Notes under the pieces: model-generated
What the model was told of the DNA's origin: nothing
Database searches by the model: none
The model's input: the letters and a program-made list of their open reading frames with translations, nothing else
From: Candidatus Pacearchaeota archaeon
Lineage (GTDB): Archaea; Nanobdellota; Nanobdellia; Pacearchaeales; GW2011-AR1
Length of the DNA: 64,000 nt
Reading direction: 5' to 3'
Assembly: GCA_023136775.1 (NCBI GenBank)
Contig: JAGLQO010000005.1
Coordinates: forward strand, 8,198 to 72,197
In this document: in pieces, positions 1-9,753 of the stretch
Position numbering within the stretch: position 1 is the stretch's first letter
How the letters are laid out: each line of letters begins with the position of its first letter
Position numbers and translations under genes: made by a program

Positions 1-417
1 TCTAAGCCCAGCTTCTAAATGAATATTTTTATATTTCTTAAACGGATTAAATAATTTAGAAGAAGCTAGGGCCGCAGTAAACGTAGTCATAGTATCTCCA
101 TGATAAATAACATATTTCAAATTAGGAAGTTTGGAAAGTTCCCTTTTTATTTTAAATAATAATCCAAGATTCCAAGTAATAGCCCTCAACTCTTTTGAAT
201 TAAACTTGGAGCTCCCTAAATGTTCTTTTGATAAAGATATATCTGGTTTTTTCACACCAAATGTTTCACACAGATCTTTCAAATTATGTTGCCCGGTATG
301 AATAAAGTAATAAGGAATTTTTTGCTTATCTAGTTCCAACATTACAGGAAAAGTTTTAATTAATTCAGCTCTCGTTCCAAGAATTATAGCAATTTTATAG
401 ATATTTTTATTTTTCAT
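1..417 (-). CDS. wecB: UDP-N-acetylglucosamine 2-epimerase (5' part; runs off window edge)
   Basis: Not in ORF track. Manual translation from ATG 417 gives MKNKNIYKIAIILGTRAELIK...IHTGQH...YHGDT...HLEAGLR, the GTR, TGQH, GDT and H.EAGLR motifs of this family. Confidence 0.9.
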   Translation of the reverse strand, partial: MKNKNIYKIAIILGTRAELIKTFPVMLELDKQKIPYYFIHTGQHNLKDLCETFGVKKPDISLSKEHLGSSKFNSKELRAITWNLGLLFKIKRELSKLPNLKYVIYHGDTMTTFTAALASSKLFNPFKKYKNIHLEAGLR

Positions 418-1378
418 TTTTTTCTAAGTAAAGTATAGTTTCTTTTAGCTTTTTAGAATATTTTTTTAATTTAGGTACACTAGATTCAAGAAAGAGCACG
501 TGGTTTTTTAAGATTATGTAAAAATATTTTTCTTTGATTTTGCATTTCTCCATAATAATATTTTTTAAAGAAATGAAAAGACTTAGATCCAAATTTCCAG
601 ATAATAAATATTCTGCAAGAAAAAATCTTGTAAAATCTCGTAAAATATCTCCATCCTCTACACTTTCTAAATCTATTAAAAATATCTCCCCATCATGTTT
701 TATTAAATTTAATTTACAAAAGTCACCATGACAAGTAACATTATAATATTCTATTTCAGGTATTTTTATATTAGGAATGGGATAAACCTTCTTTCTTGTT
801 ATATAAAGTTCTTTCATGGCATCAAAGTATATTTTATGTTCAACCTTTTTTTTGGTCTTGTTATACATTTCGCATAAAGAACAAAATATTTTTTTTATAT
901 CATTGTTTTTTATCTTTTGTTCAGGAAAAAGGAGTTTTTCTTCTATCAGATCTTTTTCTATTTTTAGTTGAATATTGTAGTTCATATTATTTTTTATATC
1001 CAAATAGTTTTTCTTTATTTTCTCATTTTCTTTTTTGTCGCCGAATGTATACACTTTTTTATTTTCGAAATCCATAAGTTTCAATCTTCTACTCAGAAGG
1101 ATTAGGTCTATATTTTTAAAGGACCTAGTCTGTATCACTTTAAAAAGTTTCAATTTTAACAAAAGTAACAAAATTATTTTTTTTGGAGTTTTATAAATAG
1201 ATAGTCTATGTCTCAAAAATTTGACTGCATTAGGATTGTTTAAATTTACCAGACTTTTTGTTGCGAAACCAAGAGGCACTATAGAATATTTCTTATATAT
1301 TCTCTCCCCAAGATTAACATTTTTTAGCTTTTTTTCAATTTCTTTGAAATGAAAAAAATTATTATAGATATTTTTCAT
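407..1378 (-). CDS. APH/choline kinase-like phosphotransferase
   Basis: HGDFCKLNL catalytic loop and IDLE metal-binding motif; lies in glycosylation locus. Confidence 0.7.
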   Translation of the reverse strand: MKNIYNNFFHFKEIEKKLKNVNLGERIYKKYSIVPLGFATKSLVNLNNPNAVKFLRHRLSIYKTPKKIILLLLLKLKLFKVIQTRSFKNIDLILLSRRLKLMDFENKKVYTFGDKKENEKIKKNYLDIKNNMNYNIQLKIEKDLIEEKLLFPEQKIKNNDIKKIFCSLCEMYNKTKKKVEHKIYFDAMKELYITRKKVYPIPNIKIPEIEYYNVTCHGDFCKLNLIKHDGEIFLIDLESVEDGDILRDFTRFFLAEYLLSGNLDLSLFISLKNIIMEKCKIKEKYFYIILKNHVLFLESSVPKLKKYSKKLKETILYLEKNEK

Positions 1379-2097
1379 TTTCTCTTTTTTGCTACCGCCA
1401 TAAGATGTGTCCCCAGGAGTATCTTTTTGGAGATTAATTTCTTTTCCACTTTTATCCAGTCATCAAATTTCAATAATTGTCTTTTTCTCCAATGAGGAAT
1501 AAATCCATAGGAATAAATCTCTTCTATTTCAAAATCGCCAATTTTTAAAAGGTTTCTTATATCTTTAACGGAGAGAGTATTTTTCTTCCTTCTAATCAAA
1601 TTTTTAATATACATGATACTATGTTTATTTTGATGAATATTAAATATAAGTCGCCCATCGTTTTTTAGAAGTTTGTTTAATTGTCTTATTACATTTTCTC
1701 TAAGGGGTTTATCTGCATTTAAAAAAAATCTAAAAGCAAGTATCACGTCAAATTTTTCTTTAATTCTGTTTCTATTCTTTTCTTTAGTGATGTCACAACA
1801 TAGTATTTTAGTACTTTTCAATTTATTCTGCGCCATAGAAAGCATTTCTTGAGAGGAATCAACAGCAGTAATATTTTTAAATTTTATTTCTTCAAGATAT
1901 TTTGACACCCTTCCAGTTCCGGCCGCAAAATCCATAATACTGGAAGGTTTTATTTTTGAAAGTATTCTTTTCAATAAGAATTTTTCAATTTCCCAAATTC
2001 GACTACTCCACCCGTCAACCGAATATAATTTCTCATCATAATCTTTACCTATATTTTTAGTTTTATGATATTCAGTGTAGTTATATTTATTTTCCAT
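1375..2097 (-). CDS. Class I SAM-dependent methyltransferase
   Basis: MDFAAGTG motif I, AVDSSQEML, FDVI, LKNDGRLI. Confidence 0.9.
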   Translation of the reverse strand: MENKYNYTEYHKTKNIGKDYDEKLYSVDGWSSRIWEIEKFLLKRILSKIKPSSIMDFAAGTGRVSKYLEEIKFKNITAVDSSQEMLSMAQNKLKSTKILCCDITKEKNRNRIKEKFDVILAFRFFLNADKPLRENVIRQLNKLLKNDGRLIFNIHQNKHSIMYIKNLIRRKKNTLSVKDIRNLLKIGDFEIEEIYSYGFIPHWRKRQLLKFDDWIKVEKKLISKKILLGTHLMAVAKKRK

Positions 2098-4743
2098 CTA
2101 TCTAATAAACCTCAAATCATCAAATTCACCATATTCCCCAGAGACAGAAGTAAATTCTTCTCGAGCAATAATATAATCCATTTCATCTAAATTAACTTGA
2201 TAAATTTTAATAGCTCCTCTATATCCACCGTAGTTAAATCCAAATGGATAAGCAGCCTCGGAGTGAACCAGTTCTAATTCTTCATATTGGTTATCAGGAT
2301 CATTCATCAAATATAATTTAGCAACCAAAGAATCTTTCACTTTTTCGGATAAATACATAGCTGCACCATCTTGATCAAATTGTTGATTAACAACATTTGG
2401 ATAAACATACACAGTAGCATTAATTCCAGTTCCGAAATCTCTCAAATTTCCATTTTGATATAAATATCTTATTGGTAATCTATATTGTTGATTGTTATAA
2501 ACATAAATTCCAATAGGTTGCTCTGCAACATTAAATGTTTGATTCCCAACATTAATCTTTGTTGTTTCAATAGTGATAGCCCCCATTCCAGCCTTGCCCT
2601 TAGGTAAGAAAATATTTTTACCATCCATATTATAAATTAAATCTTCGTCTAACATCGCTCCACCTTGATAAATACGAATAGTCCCATTTGCAGTTTCTCT
2701 AATTTCGGATGGATTAGAAGTTAAAGTTGGGAAATAAGAAGCTCTGTCGCTCGAATCGTTATCGTCCCCAATAGAAGAATAAGCAGAATACTTTCCAATA
2801 TCAGTTGGGTCGATTAATAGATATGAAACATTATGAGCTTTCATAAATGATTTTGCAGTTTCTGGATAAGGAGTAGTTAAGACATATCTACCAATTAAAT
2901 GATCCCAATATCCATTAAAATGACCACCGTCAGTTACTGTCGGCCTGTTCCCACCAGTCTGAACCCAATATCCATAATCCCACCAGTGTAAAAACACAGA
3001 ACCTTCGCTAGTATTCTCACGAACAAATTCCATTGCCTTTTGCCAGTCTGAATTATAAGATGGGGTTTGAGCCTTGGCCTGATAATTAACTGAATTATAA
3101 TATCCAAAAGAAGCCACAATTAATAAAATAGACAATATAATAACAATAACAATTGGGACAATTTTTGTTAACTCATCTTTACTTTTCTTTCCCAATTTCC
3201 CAATTTCAAATAATGTAATAGGAATCATCATGGCGATAAAAGGAACAATCGCAAAGAATACACGAATGGCTGAACGAACTGCTAAAAGCATAGGTATCAT
3301 CCAGGCAGCAATAAAAATCCATTTTGTATCAATCTTCCATTCAGACTTTTTATAAATGTAAATTGAAGAAATTGCTAAAGCCAAAAACGAAATAAAGAAT
3401 AACGATTTAGATACAAAATTTTCTCCATTTAAAATTGAAGAAGAAGAAAGCCTAGTAAATAAAATCCCAAAAATAAAGAACGCAAACGATCCACTAAAAA
3501 TTAATTTATATTTTTTATTCTTAATCCCAGTAGAAATTTTCCCACCAACAATTGCACACCCGACCAAGAAAGTGTAAAACACGGTTTTCCCAACCTGCCC
3601 AATTAAGTCAGATAAATACGGTTGTTTGTTTTCAGCTACGGTTAATCCAACTCTTCCAGTTCCGAACGGATTAATAATTTTTAAAATAATATTACTAAAC
3701 ATTGATAAAAAATTTCCAACAAAAATTTGATAAAAAATTCCACCAACTACAACAGTGACAAAGACAGAAATTATATTAACATGTTTTTTAATTTTCTTTG
3801 GCAATATTTTTATCTTAGTAATAATAGCTTCAATAATAATATAAGTCAAAGCAAATATGGTTAAAATTCCAGTAGCTCCAAGCATATATCTTTTTAGAAT
3901 ATAGCTTAATGGCGTTCCGAAAATTAATCCACCAATAAAAATTCCGCCAATCCATAATCCATAAAATAAAATATTATTAATTTGATTTTTATCTTTTTTT
4001 GTAAACCATCTAATTAAAAATGCAAGAGGTAAAATCATAAATAAGAATGCAGCTCCTCCACCCCAAGAAACTGCGGCAAATGTTGTTCCAATTCCAGCAA
4101 ACAGTCCTATTAATACGGCACCAATTTTAGAAACTTTTTTCTTTTCTAGGTAAGACATTCCAACTGCAAAAAATAATAATGCCAAAAAGAAGCCAAACAT
4201 ACCAATGGATTCATGGTCGCTAAATCCAGCCAAAGTACGATATAAATAAGGAGGAATAATTGCCAAAATTCCAGAAGCCACAACAGCTATAGTTTTATTC
4301 TTAGTAATAAGTAATGTTAATAGAAAAAATACAACCAATCCCAATCCAAAAAATATAACTGGATTTAAAACATTTGCAAAATTCAGAGTAACATTAGGAT
4401 TAAAGATTTTCATTACATTATAAATTAGAACAGTTGCCTGAGGAGTAATTTCTGTAGACCATCCTGAGCCCAAGGCCTGATATCTCATATCATCAACCTC
4501 CGGATAAACTCCATTATTCGCTACTAAAGTTTCCGCATGTCTCAAAAAATAATACGGATCTAAAGCCAATGGCGTATAGTCCCCAGTTGTAACATCAATT
4601 AAATTTCCATTAACAATAGGCTGAATCCTAATATTAACACTAATAAACATAACAAACAAAAACAAAGCAATAGTAACTCCCCACTGAACTTTCTTATTAG
4701 AAATAATAGGTATAACATTTTTCTTAATCTCGTCGAACTTCAT
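2098..4743 (-). CDS. aglB: Oligosaccharyltransferase AglB (STT3)
   Basis: Polytopic N-half with LDPYY, GFSDHE and VAEN; WWDYGYW motif. Confidence 0.97.
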   Translation of the reverse strand: MKFDEIKKNVIPIISNKKVQWGVTIALFLFVMFISVNIRIQPIVNGNLIDVTTGDYTPLALDPYYFLRHAETLVANNGVYPEVDDMRYQALGSGWSTEITPQATVLIYNVMKIFNPNVTLNFANVLNPVIFFGLGLVVFFLLTLLITKNKTIAVVASGILAIIPPYLYRTLAGFSDHESIGMFGFFLALLFFAVGMSYLEKKKVSKIGAVLIGLFAGIGTTFAAVSWGGGAAFLFMILPLAFLIRWFTKKDKNQINNILFYGLWIGGIFIGGLIFGTPLSYILKRYMLGATGILTIFALTYIIIEAIITKIKILPKKIKKHVNIISVFVTVVVGGIFYQIFVGNFLSMFSNIILKIINPFGTGRVGLTVAENKQPYLSDLIGQVGKTVFYTFLVGCAIVGGKISTGIKNKKYKLIFSGSFAFFIFGILFTRLSSSSILNGENFVSKSLFFISFLALAISSIYIYKKSEWKIDTKWIFIAAWMIPMLLAVRSAIRVFFAIVPFIAMMIPITLFEIGKLGKKSKDELTKIVPIVIVIILSILLIVASFGYYNSVNYQAKAQTPSYNSDWQKAMEFVRENTSEGSVFLHWWDYGYWVQTGGNRPTVTDGGHFNGYWDHLIGRYVLTTPYPETAKSFMKAHNVSYLLIDPTDIGKYSAYSSIGDDNDSSDRASYFPTLTSNPSEIRETANGTIRIYQGGAMLDEDLIYNMDGKNIFLPKGKAGMGAITIETTKINVGNQTFNVAEQPIGIYVYNNQQYRLPIRYLYQNGNLRDFGTGINATVYVYPNVVNQQFDQDGAAMYLSEKVKDSLVAKLYLMNDPDNQYEELELVHSEAAYPFGFNYGGYRGAIKIYQVNLDEMDYIIAREEFTSVSGEYGEFDDLRFIR

Positions 4744-4811
4744 TCATTTTCAAACAACTTTCCATTTAAAAAACTTATCACAAATATTTATCACCACTCA
4801 AGGGTATTTCA

Positions 4812-5345
4812 TTTAGATAAGCTTCGCTTATCATATTATATAAGTCTCCCTCATTCCGCTTCGCTACATTCACTCAGGCAAACCACTACATTCTCTCCAC
4901 TTCGTTCCATTCATTCCGCTGCCCACAACTTGTTAAACTAAATCCATAAAGAGTTACGACAATTTTCTAAAGAAAATCATCACACCTCCTCATGGAGCAA
5001 AATAACAATAAAACCACTCCACAAAAAGCAAACTTCTGTGGAAAAATAAGATATCAATTGTTCATTACATTTACCTCAAAAATTACAGCTTCCATAAGAA
5101 CATCGTGGCGTCCGCAGATGCCACGATTTTTTATGGAAGAAAGCAGCCAAGCATGCGAAATTCAATTCTAGGTGCAGGTTGTCCACCTTTATGAAGGACG
5201 GCACCGTCAAGAAATTTAATTTGACCCCAGAAATCCGCAATTCGTGGGTCTGCCGAGGGGCCGCCTTACATTTTTTATTAGAATTTTAATTTTTTATTAG
5301 AAAATTAAAATTCTAATAAAACTAACCAAATTTCTTCCCCGGGGT
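4812..5345 (+). repeat. Family-A composite palindromic intergenic element (long copy)
   Basis: Modules GATAAGC-TTC-GCTTATC, AAGTCTCCCTCA..CGCTTCGCTACATTC and TCCATAAGAA..stem..TTATGGAAGAA are shared with 13971-14528 and 62619-63012. Confidence 0.85.
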
Positions 5346-5352
5346 TCTTTGT

Positions 5353-6339
5353 TTAAAGAAGGCCGAACGCAATCAAAATAAACAAAATCTGAAAAGCAAA
5401 AATCAAATAAGTAACCTTCTTCTCAGTAGCCCGCTTACCCAAAATCTTAATCGCCAAATGCTCAAGCCCATAAATTTTATCATAAGGCATTTTCAAAGTT
5501 CCATCCTTCCGCGGAATTCCAAAAGAATGTTTATGAAGTCCCCCACGAAGTTTTAAAATCATCTCTATAATATAAGGGATAAAAACAATCAAAGCAATCT
5601 TTTCAAAATTCCCAAGAATCGCCATACCAGCAATCAAAGCCCCAATAGAATAAGTCATAATATCCCCAGGAAAAACTTTTGCCGGAACTTTATTAAAAAT
5701 ATAAAACGCAACGAGAGCAGCAACCATACAAAGTCCAATAATCGCAAGCCAAGGACTTCCACTTTGATAAGAAACAAACGACAAGAATCCCAAAATTAAA
5801 ATTCCCTGCCCAGCCTCAAGCCCATTAAATCCAGCCAAAAAATTATAAGTTGTAGTTACCCCAGCAACCGCGAAAGGAATAATCAAAAGAGGATACAAAA
5901 TTCCAAAATTAACTGACCCAAAAAAAGGCAAATTCATAGAATGAACTCCAGCATTAACAACCACCAAAGGAATAGACGCAATAAAAGCAAGAGCAACCCG
6001 AACATGACTAGGCAAACCTCCACTCTTCCATCCAAGCAAATCATCAACCAACCCAATAACACCAAGTATCAAAACCATACTAAGCAAAGAAAATATCTCG
6101 ACAACATGTGGAGTTCCGTCAAACAAGAAAGTCTTCAAAGCAAGATAAGATAAAACAGATAAAACAAAAGCCATAACGACGATAACTCCACCTGAAGAAG
6201 CAACATTTTTCGGATGCCCATATTTATTCATATCTTCCCAAGTAAGCCCAATTTTTCGACAATTACGAATCCATTTAGGAAGCGCGAACGAAGCTAACAT
6301 AAAGCTAATCACAAATGAAATCATTAACAGATATTCCAT
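5353..6339 (-). CDS. UDP-GlcNAc:dolichyl-phosphate GlcNAc-1-P transferase (AglH/GPT, MraY superfamily)
   Basis: GLVDD, NFLAGFNGLE and PAKVFPGD motifs; about 10 TM segments. Start moved to ATG 6339. Confidence 0.9.
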   Translation of the reverse strand: MEYLLMISFVISFMLASFALPKWIRNCRKIGLTWEDMNKYGHPKNVASSGGVIVVMAFVLSVLSYLALKTFLFDGTPHVVEIFSLLSMVLILGVIGLVDDLLGWKSGGLPSHVRVALAFIASIPLVVVNAGVHSMNLPFFGSVNFGILYPLLIIPFAVAGVTTTYNFLAGFNGLEAGQGILILGFLSFVSYQSGSPWLAIIGLCMVAALVAFYIFNKVPAKVFPGDIMTYSIGALIAGMAILGNFEKIALIVFIPYIIEMILKLRGGLHKHSFGIPRKDGTLKMPYDKIYGLEHLAIKILGKRATEKKVTYLIFAFQILFILIAFGLL

Positions 6340-6477
6340 AAAAAAACTGAACAATTAATACTTAAAACACTTCCGTTTTCATTTATTGAAACTTTGTTTC
6401 AATTATATAATTGCACGTCGCTTCGCAACGCACGGCTGCAAATCGCGAAATTAAATTTCGCTCCAACGCATAAAAAT

Positions 6478-6915
6478 TTAAGCCCTTGTTATTTCCAAAT
6501 AAATTCGCTTAGTAAAATCAACTACATCTTTTGCATATTCCAAGTCAAAAATCATCCCATAATAAATCATCCCATTTCTAAAATATCTGAGCTTATTCAA
6601 AAACTGCACATCATTTTCCCGTTCCAGAATTTTTCTAGAAAAAGCCACTTCTGCCTCATGGGCTCCATGCCCAGTAGAAGAATAGCCCAAAAGAAACATT
6701 TTCGAGCGGATACTTTCTAAAATAATATCATAACAGTCTTTAATTACAGAATTAGAATTTTTCTTATTTATTCCCATTAATTCAACTCTTTCAATTAATC
6801 CATCAAAAGAAAGTTTAGATTCTTTTTCCAAAAATTCAGAACGAGATTTATCCACACCCTGTTTCCTAACGATTCCTTTTTCTAAAAAATAATCAAAATC
6901 CTTAAGCAGTCTCAC
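6478..6915 (-). CDS. HEPN-domain protein (putative toxin)
   Basis: Helical protein with H in GHGAHEA and LRYFRNGMIYYG (Rx4-6H-like, degenerate); overlaps the upstream MNT gene. Confidence 0.7.
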   Translation of the reverse strand: MRLLKDFDYFLEKGIVRKQGVDKSRSEFLEKESKLSFDGLIERVELMGINKKNSNSVIKDCYDIILESIRSKMFLLGYSSTGHGAHEAEVAFSRKILERENDVQFLNKLRYFRNGMIYYGMIFDLEYAKDVVDFTKRIYLEITRA

Positions 6916-7457
6916 AATTCAATTCCTCCAGAATAAACGACCCCATTAAACAAATTCTCTTTCAAATTTTTATGTATCTTAGAAAACGAATCATAAAATT
7001 GTAAAATAATTTCCCTCTCCAAAACCCTCTCATATTTATCTAAATTAATTTCCTTTTCCTTCGCCCCAATAATAGCAATATCTATATCTGACTTCAAAGT
7101 GTCCTCGCCTCTAGAATAACTCCCAAATAGCACAATTGTAGCAGTCGGAAATTTCTCCTCCAAAAATAAATAAAGTCCAGATTCATAAATAGAATTAAAA
7201 TTAAAAATTCTTTTCATGTTAACAATTAAAGAATTATCAAAATTTAAATCAATTTCACTTCTCCCAGATTTATCAATCCCAATATTAACTAATTTCATTT
7301 TAACCAATCCAGGAAGCGCCTTCCCAATCGCAGTAGGGGAAACTCCTATTATTTTTGACAAATCTCGCTGACTCAAAACACTTCCAACCTTAACAAATAA
7401 AACATCCAAAATATTTCGTTGTAAAATTGTAAACTTTAATTTATCACTATAAACCAT
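6912..7457 (-). CDS. wHTH plus minimal nucleotidyltransferase (MntA-like antitoxin)
   Basis: N-terminal HTH (SQRDLSKIIGVSPTAI); LFGSYSRGED..SDIDIAI. Confidence 0.9.
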   Translation of the reverse strand: MVYSDKLKFTILQRNILDVLFVKVGSVLSQRDLSKIIGVSPTAIGKALPGLVKMKLVNIGIDKSGRSEIDLNFDNSLIVNMKRIFNFNSIYESGLYLFLEEKFPTATIVLFGSYSRGEDTLKSDIDIAIIGAKEKEINLDKYERVLEREIILQFYDSFSKIHKNLKENLFNGVVYSGGIEL

Positions 7458-7513
7458 AGTTTACACAAGTAAACTTTAGTTTATATACGTTTTGAATAAT
7501 ATAATCAATAAAA

Positions 7514-7743
7514 TTTTCATAAAAAAGCGTGGCGTTTTTCCGAAGGAAAAATTGCTCTTTTATGAAAAAGTACTCCGAACAACGGGAATTTCGCCTCGAA
7601 GATTCGAAACTAGGCGCGTCAAATGACGAAAGAAATTCCCTCAATATATCAGACCGTCTGCGACGTTAGTCGGTAAGCGGTTCGGAAATTGAGGTCCTGT
7701 GTGGACCCCCAAAACCTGAGATTTTTTTCACCAGAAAAAACTC
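7514..7743 (+). repeat. Family-A palindromic element (core copy)
   Basis: TCCGAACAACGGGAATTTCG..GAAATTCCC..ATCAGACCGTCTGCGAC..GTCGGTAAGCGGTTCGGAA..CACCAGAAAAAA. Confidence 0.9.
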
Positions 7744-8598
7744 TCAAAAGAGTAACGGCGTCAAATATACTTCCATTAAAGCCGCAACAATCAAAACACC
7801 AATAGCAATAATTATCAACAATAAGGAATCTTGCAAAATCTTCCAAGTCCCTTCACCTCGAAGATCTTTCCTGATAACTGCAACAGAAACTATTCCACCC
7901 GCCAAAGCCCCAATAAAATAAGCCCCAATCTCAGGAATCCCATGAATCATATATCTTCCCAAAGCCAACGGCAAATTAATCAAACGACCCTTAGTAAAAA
8001 TCCCAATCGCAGCAGCAATAACCGAAGCATTCCAAACCAAAATAAATATAGCTCCCGCCCCAAAGACCAGCGAAAACAAAATCGTAAATATCAAAACATA
8101 AATATTATTAGCAAATATTGCCAGAAGAGCATTAGCTCCAGTAACTGAACCAGTCATCGACGGAACGCCATGTTGCTCAATACAATAGCTGTAATGCGAA
8201 GGAGAATTAATAGCACAAAAAGTTTTTATCTGAAAATTAAAATTCTGTCCAGCACTGTTTGGAAGAACTAAATACCAAATAGAAAGTGCAACAACAAATC
8301 CCAAAAACATCCACATCATAGCTCGAATTGCTTTTGAATGTTCTTTAATCAGCTTCCCAGAATTACTTATCTCAATATCTTTTTCTTCTTCCAACTTAAT
8401 AACATAATACATAAATGGCATACATGCAATAACTGTAAAAGTAACCACAAGGAGTCCACTACCGTCTTTCAAAACAGAATCATTCCCAAAAACAAAAGTA
8501 ACGAGAAGCAACGCAACCGACGCCCAAAACGCCCCAACAAAAAACATTTCCCATGGTCTCCTTTCCGCATGCTTCGGCTTCATTAAAAGTTCTATCAT
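7744..8598 (-). CDS. SpoIIM/DUF95 family membrane protein
   Basis: IFANN, L.WNAS, HGIPEI and AALMEVYLTP motifs. Confidence 0.88.
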   Translation of the reverse strand: MIELLMKPKHAERRPWEMFFVGAFWASVALLLVTFVFGNDSVLKDGSGLLVVTFTVIACMPFMYYVIKLEEEKDIEISNSGKLIKEHSKAIRAMMWMFLGFVVALSIWYLVLPNSAGQNFNFQIKTFCAINSPSHYSYCIEQHGVPSMTGSVTGANALLAIFANNIYVLIFTILFSLVFGAGAIFILVWNASVIAAAIGIFTKGRLINLPLALGRYMIHGIPEIGAYFIGALAGGIVSVAVIRKDLRGEGTWKILQDSLLLIIIAIGVLIVAALMEVYLTPLLF

Positions 8599-8745
8599 TG
8601 TATTTCCTCCAATAGAACTTTTTCTAACTCAAAGGTTTTCATTTGGTGACGTAGTAGTTCTATCATTGTTTCCACTCCATAGAATCTACTCCAAGTACAA
8701 AACCGCAGTTTTTACGCCGTAAAAATTCTATCATAATCTCCTTTC
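8588..8745 (-). repeat. Three ATGATAGAA start contexts at a 68-bp period upstream of spoIIM
   Basis: Minus-strand ATG at 8598, 8666 and 8734, each ATGATAGAA preceded by a GGAG-containing purine tract. Confidence 0.75.
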
Positions 8746-8822
8746 CCTCATATCTATATTATATTTAGAACTTATTTAAATGTTCGCCGAAAAGTTAACT
8801 TTTTATATTCGATAAGTTTTGT

Positions 8823-9659
8823 ATGGCCATGAAGGGTGATAATTCAAAAAAATTCTACAAAATTCTCTCAGATATAAAATCCGTAAAAGTTCAAGGTGCC
8901 GAAAATGTTTGCAAAGCAGGAATCCAAGCTTTTCTTTTGCAGCCGAATAAAATTTCCGCAAAAAAAATTCTGGAAACTAGAGTTACCGAGCCATTATTAC
9001 AAAATGCAATTAAGATTTTATTAAAATCAGAAAATAAAGAAAAGACAGCAAAAAAATTTATATCTAATTTGGAAAAATCCCACGACGCAATAGCCAAGAA
9101 AGGTTCAAAATTAATTAAGAATAATATGAAAATTTATTCACATTGTCATTCTTCAACCGTAATGGATATTTTAAAATATGCAAAAAAGAAAGGCAAGAAA
9201 AATTTCACAGTTTACACAACAGAAGTCGAGCCATTACTTCAAGGAAGAAAGACAGCAAAAGATTTGGCACATTCAAGAATAAAAGTTGTAATAGCATCAG
9301 ACTTTGCAGCCGATCAATTAATGGAAGACTGCGACCTATTTTTATTCGGAGCCGACGCATATACAAAGTCAAGTGCAGTGAATAAAATCGGAACTAGTAC
9401 CTTGGTCTCCCTAGCAAAATCTCATCAAATACCCTCATACTCCTGCGGGGTTTCTTTAAAATTCACAAGCAAAGTAAAAATAGAAAAGAGGTCTCCAAAA
9501 GAAGTTTGGAACGAAAAAATAAAAAATATAAAAGTAGAAAATCCAGCATTCGACAAAACAAAAATAGATAGACTTACAGGAGTAATCTCGGAATTTGGAA
9601 TCCTAACTCCAAAACAATTCGTAAAAAAAGCAAAGCAAAATCTAAAGACTTTAAATTAG
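8823..9659 (+). CDS. Ribose-1,5-bisphosphate isomerase / eIF-2B family protein
   Basis: VQGA, R.TEP, SHCHSSTV, E.EP..QG, GAD, NKIGT and NPAFD. The Cys (HCHS) and Asp (GAD) expected for R15P isomerase are present. Confidence 0.85.
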   Translation: MAMKGDNSKKFYKILSDIKSVKVQGAENVCKAGIQAFLLQPNKISAKKILETRVTEPLLQNAIKILLKSENKEKTAKKFISNLEKSHDAIAKKGSKLIKNNMKIYSHCHSSTVMDILKYAKKKGKKNFTVYTTEVEPLLQGRKTAKDLAHSRIKVVIASDFAADQLMEDCDLFLFGADAYTKSSAVNKIGTSTLVSLAKSHQIPSYSCGVSLKFTSKVKIEKRSPKEVWNEKIKNIKVENPAFDKTKIDRLTGVISEFGILTPKQFVKKAKQNLKTLN

Positions 9660-9753
9660 TGGCATATTATCCAATTACATAAGGCATTTTAGAATAATTA
9701 TTTATGACGATTTATTTGAGAACTTTTATAAACAATAAATTCATTTACAATGT

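Noticed and set aside
7574..7700. Family-A core as a tRNA or hammerhead ribozyme
   Set aside because: No cloverleaf or T-loop geometry, and no CUGAnGA/GAAA catalytic core found by eye.
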